32,000 nucleotides of DNA from Nitrosospira multiformis ATCC 25196 (GCF_000196355.1 NC_007614.1:1620001-1652000); one strand, 5' to 3'. Positions 9,247-20,069 are shown, counted from the stretch's first letter. The notes: generated from the letters alone by a model not told the origin. Translations and numbers: made by a program.

Positions 9247-10356
9247 TCACAACAGCCGGTTCCGAAACAGCCATGCGGCGAAAGGCAGCATAACAGCCGC
9301 CATGATCAGGAGCGGAATCAGGTCATAGCCGACCATCGACAAGTCAGCCCCCTCCAGATACACGCGCTGCATCAGGTCAATAGCAAAACGGAGGGGATTA
9401 GCCAGAGTAATAGTCTGAATAAATTCCGGCATGTTGCGCACTGGCGTCGCCAAGCCTGAAAGCATTATGAGCGGCATCACCAGCATGAAAGTATAGAGCA
9501 TGGCCTGCTGCATAGTGGTACAAACCGCTGAAATCGCCAGACCCAGCCCTACACTGGCAATGATGAACAATGCCAAACCGGTATAGAGTGTTACCAGCGA
9601 ACCGGCAAGCGGCACCTCGAACCAGTAGAGCGACACCAGGAGAACGATAGTGGATTGCAGCAGACCTATTGTAACGATTGGAATCACCTTGCCCGCCATG
9701 ATTTCCATGGGTGAAAACGGCGTCACCAGTAACTGATCGAACGTACCGTTCTCGCGCTCGCGGGCCACGGTGAGCGCAGCCAGCAACATTGTCTGTATCA
9801 TGCTGAGCGAGGCGATCAAGCCCGGCATCAGATTCCAGCGGGTTTCCAGATTGGGGTTGTACCAGGCGCGTGCCTCAACCTTAAGGGGCTGTCTCGCGTT
9901 GCCACCTAACGTCGCATTATAGGATTCGATGATTGAAGCGACATACCCCGCGGCAGAGCTGGCACTGTTGGAGTTGCGTGCATCGAGAATCAATTGTACC
10001 GGGGCAGGCTCGCCCGCATTCACTTGCTGCTCGAAGCGCGGCCCGATCTGTATCACCATCAGGGCCTGCTGCGAATCGATCACTCCCGCGATATCCCGCT
10101 GTGTTTGCAAGGTTGCGACCCGCTTGAAAACACCGGTTCCATCCAGACGCGCTATCAATTCAACGGAGGTAGCACCGCGGCTCTGATCAAGCAAGGCATA
10201 GGGCACGTTGATGAGATCAAAAGTGGCAGCGTAGCCGAATAAAAAGCTTTCCACCAGCGACGGGACGACAAGAATGACCCGATTGGCCGGATCTTTCAGG
10301 ATTGCCAGAAACTCCTTGCGACACAGGCTGATAATGCGGCGCGCGAGGTCAAGCAT
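9247..10356 (-). CDS. ybhR: ABC transporter permease (YbhR/YhhJ-like, ABC-2 type)
   Basis: ABC-2 permease architecture: N-terminal TM, large extracytoplasmic loop, C-terminal TMs; motifs ERENGTFDQLLVTPFSPMEIMAGK and GLATPVRNMP. Start placed at MLDLARR; the ORF track extends to 10434. Confidence 0.9.
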   Translation of the reverse strand: MLDLARRIISLCRKEFLAILKDPANRVILVVPSLVESFLFGYAATFDLINVPYALLDQSRGATSVELIARLDGTGVFKRVATLQTQRDIAGVIDSQQALMVIQIGPRFEQQVNAGEPAPVQLILDARNSNSASSAAGYVASIIESYNATLGGNARQPLKVEARAWYNPNLETRWNLMPGLIASLSMIQTMLLAALTVARERENGTFDQLLVTPFSPMEIMAGKVIPIVTIGLLQSTIVLLVSLYWFEVPLAGSLVTLYTGLALFIIASVGLGLAISAVCTTMQQAMLYTFMLVMPLIMLSGLATPVRNMPEFIQTITLANPLRFAIDLMQRVYLEGADLSMVGYDLIPLLIMAAVMLPFAAWLFRNRLL

Positions 10357-10360
10357 GAGG

Positions 10361-11524
10361 TCAATCCAGTTTCTTGCGGGTGACGAAGCGCGCAAGACCC
10401 AGCAACAGCACTGCATAGCTTGTGAGAATCGCATAATTCTCTATTATCACCGGCCATACATTGCCGGCGAGATACAGCGTCCGGATCAATTCCATGAAAT
10501 AAGTGGCCGGTAGAATCTTTCCAACCAGCTGAATGACAACAGGCACGTTGCGCAAGTCAAAAAGAAAGCCGGAAAGCATGAGGGCGGGCATGAAGCTGGT
10601 AATAATTGCGATTTGACTGGCAGTGAACTGGTTTTTGGTAATGGACGAGATGACCAGGCCGAAACCCAGCGCCACCAATAGATAGAGCATCGAGCCGCCC
10701 AGCAGGATTAGCAGGGAGCCGCGCATGGGCACCTCGAACAGAAAATGCGCTGCGGCCAGGCATAACCCGAGACCCGCCATGCCAACCAGAAAATAGGGGA
10801 CAATTTTCGCCAGCAGGATTTCCGTGGGGCGCACGGGCGAGACGAACAATGCTTCCAGCGTACCGCGTTCCCACTCGCGCGCCATCACCATCGCGGTGAG
10901 AAAGGCCCCGATGAGGGTCATGATCAGAACGATCAAGCCTGGCACCAGATACCATGTACTGGAGTTGGCGGAGTTGAACCACAAGCGTTCCACCAGCGTG
11001 ATTCTACCCTCGGCCGGGACCGATGAAGCCGCTTTTCGGTCAGCCTGCCGCAACGTCCACTGGCCAACAATACTGTTGATGTAGCTTCGAATGATTGTTG
11101 CGCGAGTGGAATCTGTTCCATAGGCCAGAAACTGGACTTGTGCTTCGCCTTCTCCCAATCGTCGGGAAAAATCGCTTGGTATCCGGAAGATCCCCTCTAT
11201 TTCTCGCGCCAGCATCAAACGCTCTGCCTCCTGCATGGATGGAACTCTTACAGGTGAAATATACGGAGAAAGTTCCAGGCCTGAGACAACGTCCACCGCA
11301 GTGGGGGAGGCATCTTCCAGTACGATTGCAACGGGCGCATTCCTGACATCGAGGGACAAGCCGTAACCGAAAATGAGGATCAATATAATGGGGAGACCAA
11401 TTCCAACCGCGAGATTGCTTTTGTCTCGCAACAGTTGGCGTATTTCCTTTCGAATCAGGGAAATGAGACGTAGTTGAAAGCCGAGATAATTCCGTTGACC
11501 TGATTGGCTGTTTTTTCCCCTCAT
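10361..11524 (-). CDS. ybhS: ABC transporter permease (YbhS-like, ABC-2 type)
   Basis: MAREWERGTLEALFVSPVRPTEILLAKIVPYF motif, ABC-2 topology. Start overlaps the stop of the ATPase gene (ATGA-type coupling at 11521..11524). Confidence 0.9.
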   Translation of the reverse strand: MRGKNSQSGQRNYLGFQLRLISLIRKEIRQLLRDKSNLAVGIGLPIILILIFGYGLSLDVRNAPVAIVLEDASPTAVDVVSGLELSPYISPVRVPSMQEAERLMLAREIEGIFRIPSDFSRRLGEGEAQVQFLAYGTDSTRATIIRSYINSIVGQWTLRQADRKAASSVPAEGRITLVERLWFNSANSSTWYLVPGLIVLIMTLIGAFLTAMVMAREWERGTLEALFVSPVRPTEILLAKIVPYFLVGMAGLGLCLAAAHFLFEVPMRGSLLILLGGSMLYLLVALGFGLVISSITKNQFTASQIAIITSFMPALMLSGFLFDLRNVPVVIQLVGKILPATYFMELIRTLYLAGNVWPVIIENYAILTSYAVLLLGLARFVTRKKLD

Positions 11525-13335
11525 AAGCTCAACGCTCTTTCAGCCGATTTATCTCGTTCCCGCTCGCGGGCGACGATACGAATGAATGCCTCTTCCATTG
11601 TCAGCGTAGCATCCTTCCCCCCGGCTTGCCCGCGAATCTCGTATGGCGTTCCCATGGCCACTAACCTGCCATTGTCCTGGATTACGATACGATCGCAATA
11701 TTCCGCCTCCTCCATGAAATGGGTCGTAATGATGATCGTGGTGCCCATTTCCGATAATGCAGTAATGCGACGCCAGAACTCTCGCCGCCTCAGTGGATCG
11801 ATTCCGCTGGTGGGTTCGTCCAGGAACAGGATTTCAGGCTCGTGCAGCAGGCCAACCGCCATCGCAAGCCGCTGGCGGAAACCACCGGGTAATACACCGC
11901 TGGGAGATTGCTCTCTCCCTGCAAGATCAAATAGCCGGGTGACGGTCTGAATACGCTTGCGTAGCCGTTCGCCGGAAAGGCTGTAGGCGCCGCCGAAAAA
12001 CTCCAGGTTTTCCTGCACAGTCAAATCCCCGTAAAGGGCGAATTTCTGCGCAACATAGCCTATCCTTCGGCGTGCGGGAGCACGCGCATGCCGCAGGTCG
12101 ACCCCCGTCACCCGGAGAAAACCACTGGTTGCGGGGAGAAGGCCGCACAGCATGCGAAAGGTCGTGGTCTTGCCTGCTCCATTCGGCCCTAGCAACCCGA
12201 AGATCTCACCGCGCTGCACCGAGAAGGACACGTGATCGACAGCGATAAAATCCCCGAATTTTCGTACCAGATCACGTACCTCGATGATCTTTTCATCCGA
12301 CTGGCGATTTTCTTCCGAGGTAGGTGCAGACGGTGCCGACCTCTCGAACGGGAGAGTATCTGGCGGAGTCATTTGGTACTGTTCACGCAGCAGTACCATA
12401 AACCCATCTTCAAGACGCGCCTCCACCGGGATGGCTTCAATACCGCTCAGCAACGCATCGATATCCTGCTGCCGTGCATGAGGGTGACGGATAAAACGTA
12501 CTGCCCCGCTTTGAGGCACGGCATCTATGATGTTTCTGGAATCATCCAGCAGTTGTGCTTGTAGAACTCGCGAAGGCTGACCTTGGGTGGGGGTGGCGAC
12601 AAAGCAAAGGCCGCGCGCATGCTGCCGTATTTCGTCAGGCGGGCCTTCAGCAAGCAGTTTGCCCTCCTCCAGCACATGAATCCTGGCGCAACGCTCGGCT
12701 TCATCGAGGTAGGCCGTGGTAATCACCACGGTCAGTTGCTCCTCATCGATCAATTGCCCGATGATCTCCCACAACTCTCGTCGCGACAACGGATCGACAC
12801 CCACTGTTGGCTCATCGAGCAGCAGCAGTTCGGGAGAACGCACGAGAGTACAGGCCAAACCCAGCTTCTGTTTCATGCCTCCTGACAGTTTTCCCGCCGG
12901 GCGCTGTGTGAAGCGGATGAGATCGGTCATTTCCAGCAGTCGACGATAGCGTTGTCCGCGTACCTCCTGCGGCACCCCATGCAGATCTGCATAAAGATCG
13001 AGATTCTCCTGCACGCTCAAATCCTCATACAGGCCGAAGCGCTGCGGCATATAACTTATGCGGTCCTGCACTCTTTGCGGGTCCGTTACGACATTCACGT
13101 CCAATACCTGGAGGTGTCCGTCATCCGGCTTTATCAAACCTGCGAACATACGCAAGAGAGTAGTCTTGCCCGCCCCATCCGGACCAACCAGCGCAGTAAG
13201 CGAACCCGCAGGCACTTCCATGGAAACGCCTGCGACAGCCTGCGTTATCTGACTGGTTTTTTTGACCAGAAAGCGTTTGTAAATACCGGTTGCCGCCAGC
13301 GCAAGCTGCATTTGTTCCATCAATGCTTCACTCAA
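11521..13335 (-). CDS. ybhF: ABC transporter ATP-binding protein with two nucleotide-binding domains (YbhF-like)
   Basis: Two Walker A motifs (GPDGAGKTTLLRM, GPNGAGKTTTFRM), two Walker B motifs (LLLDEPTVGVDPLSRRE, LFLDEPTSGIDPLRRRE) and signature regions LSGGMKQKL and LPGGFRQRL. Confidence 0.95.
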   Translation of the reverse strand: MSEALMEQMQLALAATGIYKRFLVKKTSQITQAVAGVSMEVPAGSLTALVGPDGAGKTTLLRMFAGLIKPDDGHLQVLDVNVVTDPQRVQDRISYMPQRFGLYEDLSVQENLDLYADLHGVPQEVRGQRYRRLLEMTDLIRFTQRPAGKLSGGMKQKLGLACTLVRSPELLLLDEPTVGVDPLSRRELWEIIGQLIDEEQLTVVITTAYLDEAERCARIHVLEEGKLLAEGPPDEIRQHARGLCFVATPTQGQPSRVLQAQLLDDSRNIIDAVPQSGAVRFIRHPHARQQDIDALLSGIEAIPVEARLEDGFMVLLREQYQMTPPDTLPFERSAPSAPTSEENRQSDEKIIEVRDLVRKFGDFIAVDHVSFSVQRGEIFGLLGPNGAGKTTTFRMLCGLLPATSGFLRVTGVDLRHARAPARRRIGYVAQKFALYGDLTVQENLEFFGGAYSLSGERLRKRIQTVTRLFDLAGREQSPSGVLPGGFRQRLAMAVGLLHEPEILFLDEPTSGIDPLRRREFWRRITALSEMGTTIIITTHFMEEAEYCDRIVIQDNGRLVAMGTPYEIRGQAGGKDATLTMEEAFIRIVARERERDKSAERALSL

Positions 13336-14411
13336 TGCTTCACTTCGCTGGAATTTCCATTATTTCTGAGAGCGATATGCACGGTGGCGGGCATACCCAG
13401 ACGCAGCCTGTCCTCCGCGTCTTCCACATACACCCGTATCTCATAGACAAGGCTGGTGCGCAGCTCCTCGGTTTGTACAGGCTTTGGGGTGAACTCGGCA
13501 GCCGACGAGATATAGCCAATACGACCATGAATGGACTCCTCCGGATGACTGTCGGTAACAACCTCTGCCCTCATGCCAAGCTTGATTCGGCCTAGATCGA
13601 TCTCGGATACGTAGGCTCGGACCCATTTTGGATCGGTTATGGCCAGCGCATAAACCGGACGTTGTGGCGAAGCCATGTCTCCCGGTTCGAGAAGACGTGA
13701 GCGTATGACAGCATCAATAGGGGATTTCAATTCGGCCAAATCAAGCTGGTGCCGCAGCAAGGCCAGCTCAGCACGAAAAACGTTCAACTGCGCCTCCGCC
13801 TGCGCAATATCTTCCTTGCGCGGCCCGATCAATGCCAGTTGCAGTGCCTTTTTACGATTTTCGAGTTGCGCTACGGCCACCCGACGGCGAGACCTGGCAT
13901 TGTCGAGATCCTGCTGGCTGACGGCCGCCCCCGAGTCACTTTCAATCTCCATCAAGCGGCCGAGAAACTGCCGGGCGAGATCGGCATCGGCCTGAGCGGA
14001 AGCAACTTCGGCTTTGGCCTGTGCTATTTCCTCGGGACGGGTACCGTTCTCAAGCCGTAACAGAGCTTGCTCCTGGGCGGCAACCTGGGCTTCGGCTTGC
14101 GCAATTTGCAACGTGAGAATGCGGGTATCCAGCTTTGCCAGAACTTGTCCGGCCCTGACCCGGTCTCCTTCCTCCACTCGCATTTCAGCGATCCGATCGT
14201 TTCCGTTGAAGGCGAGAGAAACCTGGCGGATATCCACATTGCCAAAGAGAGTCAGGAACTCGCCATTGCTTTTCTTATGGGTAAAAAACCAGCTTACCGT
14301 TCCCACCGAAATCAGAGCAAGTCCTATTGCTATTCCTATAAGGACGAGTTTTTTATTCACCGATGATGTCAGATGCGGTTGCGCTGCTTTATTTGAGACG
14401 GATGGCCGCAT
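13332..14411 (-). CDS. ybhG: HlyD-family secretion/membrane fusion protein (YbhG-like)
   Basis: Single N-terminal TM, paired lipoyl halves (GNDRIAEMRVEEGDRVRAGQVLAKLD ... ELKSPIDAVIRSRLLEPGDMASP), long coiled-coil. Start placed at MRPSVSNKAAQPHLTSS; the open frame extends to 14525. Confidence 0.9.
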   Translation of the reverse strand: MRPSVSNKAAQPHLTSSVNKKLVLIGIAIGLALISVGTVSWFFTHKKSNGEFLTLFGNVDIRQVSLAFNGNDRIAEMRVEEGDRVRAGQVLAKLDTRILTLQIAQAEAQVAAQEQALLRLENGTRPEEIAQAKAEVASAQADADLARQFLGRLMEIESDSGAAVSQQDLDNARSRRRVAVAQLENRKKALQLALIGPRKEDIAQAEAQLNVFRAELALLRHQLDLAELKSPIDAVIRSRLLEPGDMASPQRPVYALAITDPKWVRAYVSEIDLGRIKLGMRAEVVTDSHPEESIHGRIGYISSAAEFTPKPVQTEELRTSLVYEIRVYVEDAEDRLRLGMPATVHIALRNNGNSSEVKH

Positions 14412-14838
14412 GGAACCGCCAGGCACTTTGCGAATCAGTACCACTAACGACAGCCTCGGTCGCATCTTCCAGTGCAACGATTGTGGAAGGAATTGACGCT
14501 GCGTTGCCTGAATAAACCGCGCCACTCTGAAAGACCGGTGGGGATGCCAGATCGAGCGCCTGCTTCAGGGCGTTGATATGCTTTACTGCTGCTTTTGCCT
14601 CCTTGACGCTCATTCGCAGTCGTTTCATCGCATGCTGGCCATCTACCAATACCAACCCCATCGCACTGGTGTAAAGACTGGAGACGGTATTCAGAAGTAA
14701 AATCCCCTGACTATCGGGCTCATCCCACTCTGCCTTGTTCAAGCTGCCCCGATGCTGGCGCCAGTCGCCAAGCGCAATTGCTGCATCCCGGAACTGGTTG
14801 CCCAATTCGAAAGCATCATCGGATGAAAGCTCGTCCAT
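14389..14838 (-). CDS. hypothetical protein, first gene of the export operon
   Basis: 149-aa ORF immediately upstream of the HlyD-like gene, overlapping its proposed start; helical and Ala-rich. Confidence 0.5.
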   Translation of the reverse strand: MDELSSDDAFELGNQFRDAAIALGDWRQHRGSLNKAEWDEPDSQGILLLNTVSSLYTSAMGLVLVDGQHAMKRLRMSVKEAKAAVKHINALKQALDLASPPVFQSGAVYSGNAASIPSTIVALEDATEAVVSGTDSQSAWRFHAAIRLK

Positions 14839-14946
14839 GCGTTTACTCTCTTTCTTCGTCAGCCTCTTTTAATGCGAAATATCGAGCAAACCCTGGACAG
14901 CACATAATATGCGTTTTTCGCCATCTTCCTCCAGTAGTCGATACTC

Positions 14947-16146
14947 ATGAAAATAATTCTTCTTGCTGCCTTTGTCGTTCTGGAAATAGGCTTTGCCCCG
15001 CCCCTTCGCGCCGCCGAATCAGCAGGTTTTGCTCTCAATTATATTGGCCAGCAAATCGTACCCAACAAGACAAGATTCAAAGGGACAACGGTCGGGGGGT
15101 TGTCATCTCTGGACTATAGCGCAAGCACTGACCGTTACCTATCCATCAGCGACGATCGCAGCAGAACCAATCCAGCCCGGTTTTATGAATTGTCTCTGGA
15201 TCTCGCCAAATTCCAGTGCTCGGCCAAGCCGGGTATGGCAGGCGTGACCTTTCAGGCTGTAACCACGATCCAGCAAGCCGGTGGAGGGGCATTCGAAAAA
15301 AACTCCGTGGATCCGGAAGGTCTCCGTTTTGACGGCAGCCGCAACAAGATTTATTGGAGTGAGGAAGGCCGCCGGGAGATATCGGGTTTTCGAAGCCCTG
15401 CGGTGCGGGAAATGAATGCTGATGGCAGACATTCCCGCGATTTCGTTGTTCCTATTTACTACTCTCCCAGTGGCTCCCGTCTTTGGACATTTACCGGCAG
15501 TAAGGGTGTTTACGACAATTTGGGATTTGAGAGTCTGACACTCTCCACCGACGGTACAACCCTGTATACCGCCACCGAAAACGGCCTGGTTCAGGATTCT
15601 CCCCCTGCCAATGCCTATAGAGGCTCACGCGCACGTATTCTTGCCTTCGACATTGCCACCGGGAAATCAGTCGCGGAATATGCTTACGATGTTGAACCTG
15701 TTACATCCGTACCATCCTTGCTCGGCGGTTTCACCATCATCGGCGTGAGCGACTTCCTCGCCATCGGCGACCGCCAATTCATCACTATAGAGCGCGCGTT
15801 ATCCCCCGGCACGATCACGCCTGGCCGTATTAACACCGGATATACCGTCCGGCTTTATTACGCAGATGCAAGGGACGCCACCAACATTTCCGGAATGGAA
15901 TCAATCGCGGACAAGAACATCTCTCCGGTAAGAAAAATTCTCCTGCTTGATATGTCAGACCTGAAAAATGCGGATGGCTCGGCTCTGGCTATTGGTAACA
16001 TAGAAGGCATCACCTTTGGTCCCGAATTCAGGGGCAAACGCACTATCTTGCTGGTGGCTGACAACAATTTCTCCAGAATGCAATTCACCCAATTTGTCGC
16101 ATTGGAAATTGCCTCTGAATCGGAGCTAGTGGAGCGGTTACAATAA
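14947..16146 (+). CDS. esterase-like activity of phytase family protein, secreted
   Basis: Signal peptide, GGLSSLDYSASTDRYLSISDDRSRTNPARFYEL, DPEGLRFDG, FESLTLSTDGTTLYTATENGL and GNIEGITFGPEFRGKRTILLVADNNFS are typical of this family. Confidence 0.85.
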   Translation: MKIILLAAFVVLEIGFAPPLRAAESAGFALNYIGQQIVPNKTRFKGTTVGGLSSLDYSASTDRYLSISDDRSRTNPARFYELSLDLAKFQCSAKPGMAGVTFQAVTTIQQAGGGAFEKNSVDPEGLRFDGSRNKIYWSEEGRREISGFRSPAVREMNADGRHSRDFVVPIYYSPSGSRLWTFTGSKGVYDNLGFESLTLSTDGTTLYTATENGLVQDSPPANAYRGSRARILAFDIATGKSVAEYAYDVEPVTSVPSLLGGFTIIGVSDFLAIGDRQFITIERALSPGTITPGRINTGYTVRLYYADARDATNISGMESIADKNISPVRKILLLDMSDLKNADGSALAIGNIEGITFGPEFRGKRTILLVADNNFSRMQFTQFVALEIASESELVERLQ

Positions 16147-16166
16147 AATGATGAAAAGCGTACCGC

Positions 16167-16979
16167 TCATTGGATTTTTTCTTGAGCTTTGGTATCGATT
16201 ACCCCTGGTATATCCTTCGTCGGCCGAGCAAACCGGCCTTTAAGGTCATCAACCCCAGACTGGGGTTTGGCAAGTTGCTTTAAATCTGCACGCTGCCTGC
16301 GCTTTTCCTCACTGTCTATTTTCATATTCTTGTCCCGCTTTTCGACCAATCCAGGTACTGCTTCTCCTTCATGATTAAAAGACCAGCCGAGCATCGGCTG
16401 ACCGAGGGGTAGCGCGTCGCCCAGCTTACCTTCGTAGCCCGTGTTCCAGACATGCCAGGTCTTGCCATAGCTGTTCATCTTCCCTTTCATCAACTCTTTT
16501 TCCGCAATGTCGGGAATGTTGGGGGCTACAAGCTGCCCCGAAAGAATTTCGCCGTTATGCGGATGCCAGTACTTTTTTTCCTCTTCGGGCAGCGTGTTGA
16601 AAAGCTTTGCCGAGATAATGAATTCGATGCCATTCAGGTTTGCATCCTCCGTGTTCCCATCGAACAGCGTACACTGCGCAAAATCCTCGTTTACCTGGTG
16701 ACAATAGTGATGAGCCTCCATCTGATCTTCCGGAGAATCCTTCATTGGATGGAAACCAACCAGATAAATGCCAAACGGTTTCAAGGGAGAACCGCTCTGC
16801 AACAGCTTGGCGCCTGCTTCCAGAATTTTCGTTTTGGGCGTTTTTGCCTCACCCCCGGGGTTGGCATGAGGTCCAGAGGACTCCTGTGCGAACGCCTCTT
16901 TTGCAGAGCCAAGCATTCCGCTGCTTGTCAGTAAAGCAAAACACGAAATAATTAAAAAATTTCCGCTCAATCTCTTCAT
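16167..16979 (-). CDS. DUF1264/OBAP-like exported protein
   Basis: Signal peptide plus HHYCHQVNEDFAQCTLFDGNTEDANLNGIEFIISAKLFNTLPEEEKKYWHPHN...SYGKTWHVWNT, resembling oil-body-associated-protein-like bacterial proteins. Confidence 0.75.
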   Translation of the reverse strand: MKRLSGNFLIISCFALLTSSGMLGSAKEAFAQESSGPHANPGGEAKTPKTKILEAGAKLLQSGSPLKPFGIYLVGFHPMKDSPEDQMEAHHYCHQVNEDFAQCTLFDGNTEDANLNGIEFIISAKLFNTLPEEEKKYWHPHNGEILSGQLVAPNIPDIAEKELMKGKMNSYGKTWHVWNTGYEGKLGDALPLGQPMLGWSFNHEGEAVPGLVEKRDKNMKIDSEEKRRQRADLKQLAKPQSGVDDLKGRFARPTKDIPGVIDTKAQEKIQ

Positions 16980-17325
16980 ACCGTCCCTTTCGAATATATT
17001 TATTCAGGAATATTGCATGCTTCCTCACACTCGTCCGTACGGTGGCACACAGGAATGAACCATAGCAATATGCTGAACGCTAATGAACTTCTTCAAGGGT
17101 TCCCAAGGAAATAGCGTAGAAATAGCAGTTATTCGCTTCCCATCATAATGCTTGCTGAATAGAGCGATTCAGCTGGTTTCATAGCTCGATCCGCGAATTC
17201 TTGCCCTACTTTCATGAATGAGCTGTTCTCAGTGCATTCCTTCATGTTCCAGCCTTGCATGCAGCCTGTATTTCCATAAACACTCCATGCCACCGCTGCC
17301 TGGGCCGCCTCTTCCCCCGTCTATC

Positions 17326-19533
17326 CTAGAACACATAACTTGCATTCAACCCCACTATCACGTTTCGCCCCGCCGAGGGTTCATAAAAACGCTCGTTGCC
17401 TTCATTCACAATTACGGCACCGACATATTTTGCGTTGCTTACATTGTCTATCCGGATGAATTCGCTGAGCTTCAAACGACCTAGCTGATGCGAATACGCG
17501 AGCCGGATATTGGCTATGGCATACTGTTTTGCAGCTTCCGTATTGATATCGTTAGCGTAAACCCTATCACGATAGATTGCCTCGATCACTGCCGAAAACC
17601 CTGGTAGGCCGCGTCGCCACGCCAGTTCCCCATAGGCGGTATTACGCGGTATACCGGGAACCAGGTTGCCCTCCGCTACAATTACGAAAGGAGTGCCGGC
17701 TCGTGGCTGGTAGGTATAGGAATCGCGAAACCTGGCATCAAGAAAGGTATAAGAAAAATACGCAGAAAGATCCGCCCCGAAGCGATGGACGGCGGCAAGT
17801 TCTATGCCCCGTCTCCTGGTATCGGTCGCGTTCTGAAAAGTAGCTCTCCCCCCGATATTGGTCGCCGGCAGAATCTCATCGGTAACCACACTCTCAAAAA
17901 GCGCGAGATTGAGGCGGGTATTATCCGTAGCCAGCCACTTGAATCCCACTTCGATATTGCGGCTCTCGCTGGGGCGAAGAGAGAAATTGAGACCCGAGGC
18001 ACCATCCGGCCGGTAGGCAAGTTCTGTAAAGGTGGGTGTTTCGAAACCCCATCCGCCGCTGGCGTACAGATTGAGCGTCGATGTCGCCTTGTATAGCAAG
18101 CCCAGCACGGGATTCACATTGCGAAAAGTCAAACTGCCGCTATCATCGGCATTGCCGGGGCGGACAAAAAAATCCTCGGACTTGAATTTCACATTGGTGT
18201 AACGCACGGCGGCCGAAAGCGCCCAGGACTGCGTAAAATGCCACTCGGCCTGCCCGTATTGACTAAGGCTACTGACCGTATTATTTTCATTACGGCGCAA
18301 ACCTCCACGCACGCCAAGGATTGCGCCGGAGAAATTCTCGAACCCCTTGCGCCGCTCCTTGAAAATTTCGTACTCGATACCTGCGGTCAGCGTGAATGGA
18401 CGTTCCCCCATGCTCCGATAAGTCCATCGCAAGCCTGCTCCCCCAAATTGCCGGTCAAGATCGACTACGCCCCCTGAACTGGTCGCAGGAATCTGCGCGC
18501 CGCGTGGCACAGCAAGAAACTGCTCCAGCTGGCGGGTTCCTGCATAACCGATCAGCTTGATCTTGTTCGAAGCAGAGAATCTGTGTTCATACACCGCACC
18601 GCCTTGGGTATTGTCGATGCTCTTGCGGGTGTTGAAGGTATGGGCGCTAATATCCGCCTGTCGGGGATTCTCGATAACCTGAGCTTGCGTGAGTCCAAGA
18701 GGATCCTGCGTGTTGCCCTGGTGCAGTTCATTGACTACCAAAGTGAGGTTGGCATCATGGTCAAACCTGTACGTAGCCTTTGCACTGGCCTGGTAACGCG
18801 TTGCCGCGCTATGATCGCGATAGCCGCTTGTCTGAAAGCGGGAAATATCGACTACGTAGTTGAATGGCCCGGATATAACATCCGTTCCCCCTAATGTCCC
18901 CCCCAGCTTGATCTCGCCGCGAGAGGTGCCATAGCTGCCGCCTAGGAGAGTTCCGGATAAGGTGGTTTCGTTTGGGCCATCCTCCGTAAATGCCTGTATT
19001 ACCCCGCCTGAGGCATTGCCGTAAATGGCGGAAAATGGCCCGCGCAATACCTCGATGCGTTTGGTTGAACCGAGGTTGATATTCGCCGCCTGGCCTTGGC
19101 CATCCGGCATGGTGGCGGGAATGTCATCGACGAATATGCGTATGCCACGAATGCCGAAAGTGGAGCGCGCGCCAAAGCCGCGGCTGGATATTTGCAGATC
19201 CTGTGCGTAATTCTGGCGATTCTGAATGACGAGACCTGGAACGCGGGAAAGCGCCTCAGAAAGATTTACCCGGGGCTGAACCTCCTGAATAACCTTTGTC
19301 TCCACTACATCGATAGACATCGGCAAGGAGAAGCTGGATTGTTCAGTGCGGGTGCCGGTAATGACGACTGGATTGAGAACCGGTAAAGACCTCCCTGATG
19401 ATTCGAGCGGCGATGCCTCAGCCGCCGTATTAGTCCCAGTTTTGGACTGTACGGGAGGAGAATCCGATGCAGGCACGAGGTTCGGCAAGCCAATCCCGAT
19501 CGCGACGAGCGCAAGGTTCAGGATTTTCAACAA
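17326..19533 (-). CDS. TonB-dependent outer membrane receptor
   Basis: Plug domain (VNLSEALSRVPGLVIQNRQNY..., IRIFVDDIPATMPDGQG, IEVLRGPFSAIYGNASGGVI), 22-stranded barrel-like C-terminus ending RNVIVGLNASYVF. Confidence 0.95.
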   Translation of the reverse strand: MLKILNLALVAIGIGLPNLVPASDSPPVQSKTGTNTAAEASPLESSGRSLPVLNPVVITGTRTEQSSFSLPMSIDVVETKVIQEVQPRVNLSEALSRVPGLVIQNRQNYAQDLQISSRGFGARSTFGIRGIRIFVDDIPATMPDGQGQAANINLGSTKRIEVLRGPFSAIYGNASGGVIQAFTEDGPNETTLSGTLLGGSYGTSRGEIKLGGTLGGTDVISGPFNYVVDISRFQTSGYRDHSAATRYQASAKATYRFDHDANLTLVVNELHQGNTQDPLGLTQAQVIENPRQADISAHTFNTRKSIDNTQGGAVYEHRFSASNKIKLIGYAGTRQLEQFLAVPRGAQIPATSSGGVVDLDRQFGGAGLRWTYRSMGERPFTLTAGIEYEIFKERRKGFENFSGAILGVRGGLRRNENNTVSSLSQYGQAEWHFTQSWALSAAVRYTNVKFKSEDFFVRPGNADDSGSLTFRNVNPVLGLLYKATSTLNLYASGGWGFETPTFTELAYRPDGASGLNFSLRPSESRNIEVGFKWLATDNTRLNLALFESVVTDEILPATNIGGRATFQNATDTRRRGIELAAVHRFGADLSAYFSYTFLDARFRDSYTYQPRAGTPFVIVAEGNLVPGIPRNTAYGELAWRRGLPGFSAVIEAIYRDRVYANDINTEAAKQYAIANIRLAYSHQLGRLKLSEFIRIDNVSNAKYVGAVIVNEGNERFYEPSAGRNVIVGLNASYVF

Positions 19534-19640
19534 TTTTTGCTTTCCGCCGGAACATCGGGCAATTGAAGAAGTAGCGAGAGGCTAACCGAGCTTCTCCTGT
19601 TGATCAACAAATCCAAATCAAACGGGAGCCATTTTTATTT

Positions 19641-20069
19641 TTAATAGCCCGGCTGACCTCCCATGCCGCCGCCAGGAGGGGGAACCAGAGAGGGAAAAGA
19701 AGAACCTGACGATGAAGGCGAGGAAGCCTGCTCCACCTTCTGCTTTCCAGCCGCTGCTTCTTTATTAACTTTTTCTACCGCCTCATTTATACGGGCTTGC
19801 TCGGCAGTGGCCGACTTGTTGATGGCGGCGTTATCGGCATTGGCCTCCTTGATCATACAGTCATGGTAAGTTTGTATCTGTTTCTGCCACTCATTGATTT
19901 TTCCCACACTCCGGTTGAAGGCATCGACACTGCTTGAATCCACCACTGGCGTCTCTGGCATTGAGCCGCAACCGCTGGCAGACCAGCCCCCTTTTTCGAA
20001 GGTTCCCGCGTTTGCGGCAAACGCGGTAATGAGTACAACTGATACTGGAATATAAATGATTCGACTCAT
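19641..20069 (-). CDS. hypothetical small exported protein
   Basis: Start placed at MSRIIYIPVSVVLITAFAANAGTFEKG (signal peptide, GGGAGG-like RBS upstream on the minus strand). Coiled-coil then Gly/Ser/Pro-rich tail. Confidence 0.65.
   Translation of the reverse strand: MSRIIYIPVSVVLITAFAANAGTFEKGGWSASGCGSMPETPVVDSSSVDAFNRSVGKINEWQKQIQTYHDCMIKEANADNAAINKSATAEQARINEAVEKVNKEAAAGKQKVEQASSPSSSGSSFPSLVPPPGGGMGGQPGY

Noticed and set aside
11504-14366. Antisense ORFs over the export operon (e.g. 11504..11950, 12952..13446, 14014..14496 on +)
   Set aside because: They overlap strongly supported minus-strand genes with clear motifs and have no recognisable domains; high-GC shadow ORFs.
9247-14838. 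HlyD/double-ATPase/two-permease cluster as a novel system
   Set aside because: Gene content and order match the known YbhG-YbhF-YbhS-YbhR type exporter; only the small upstream ORF is unassigned.
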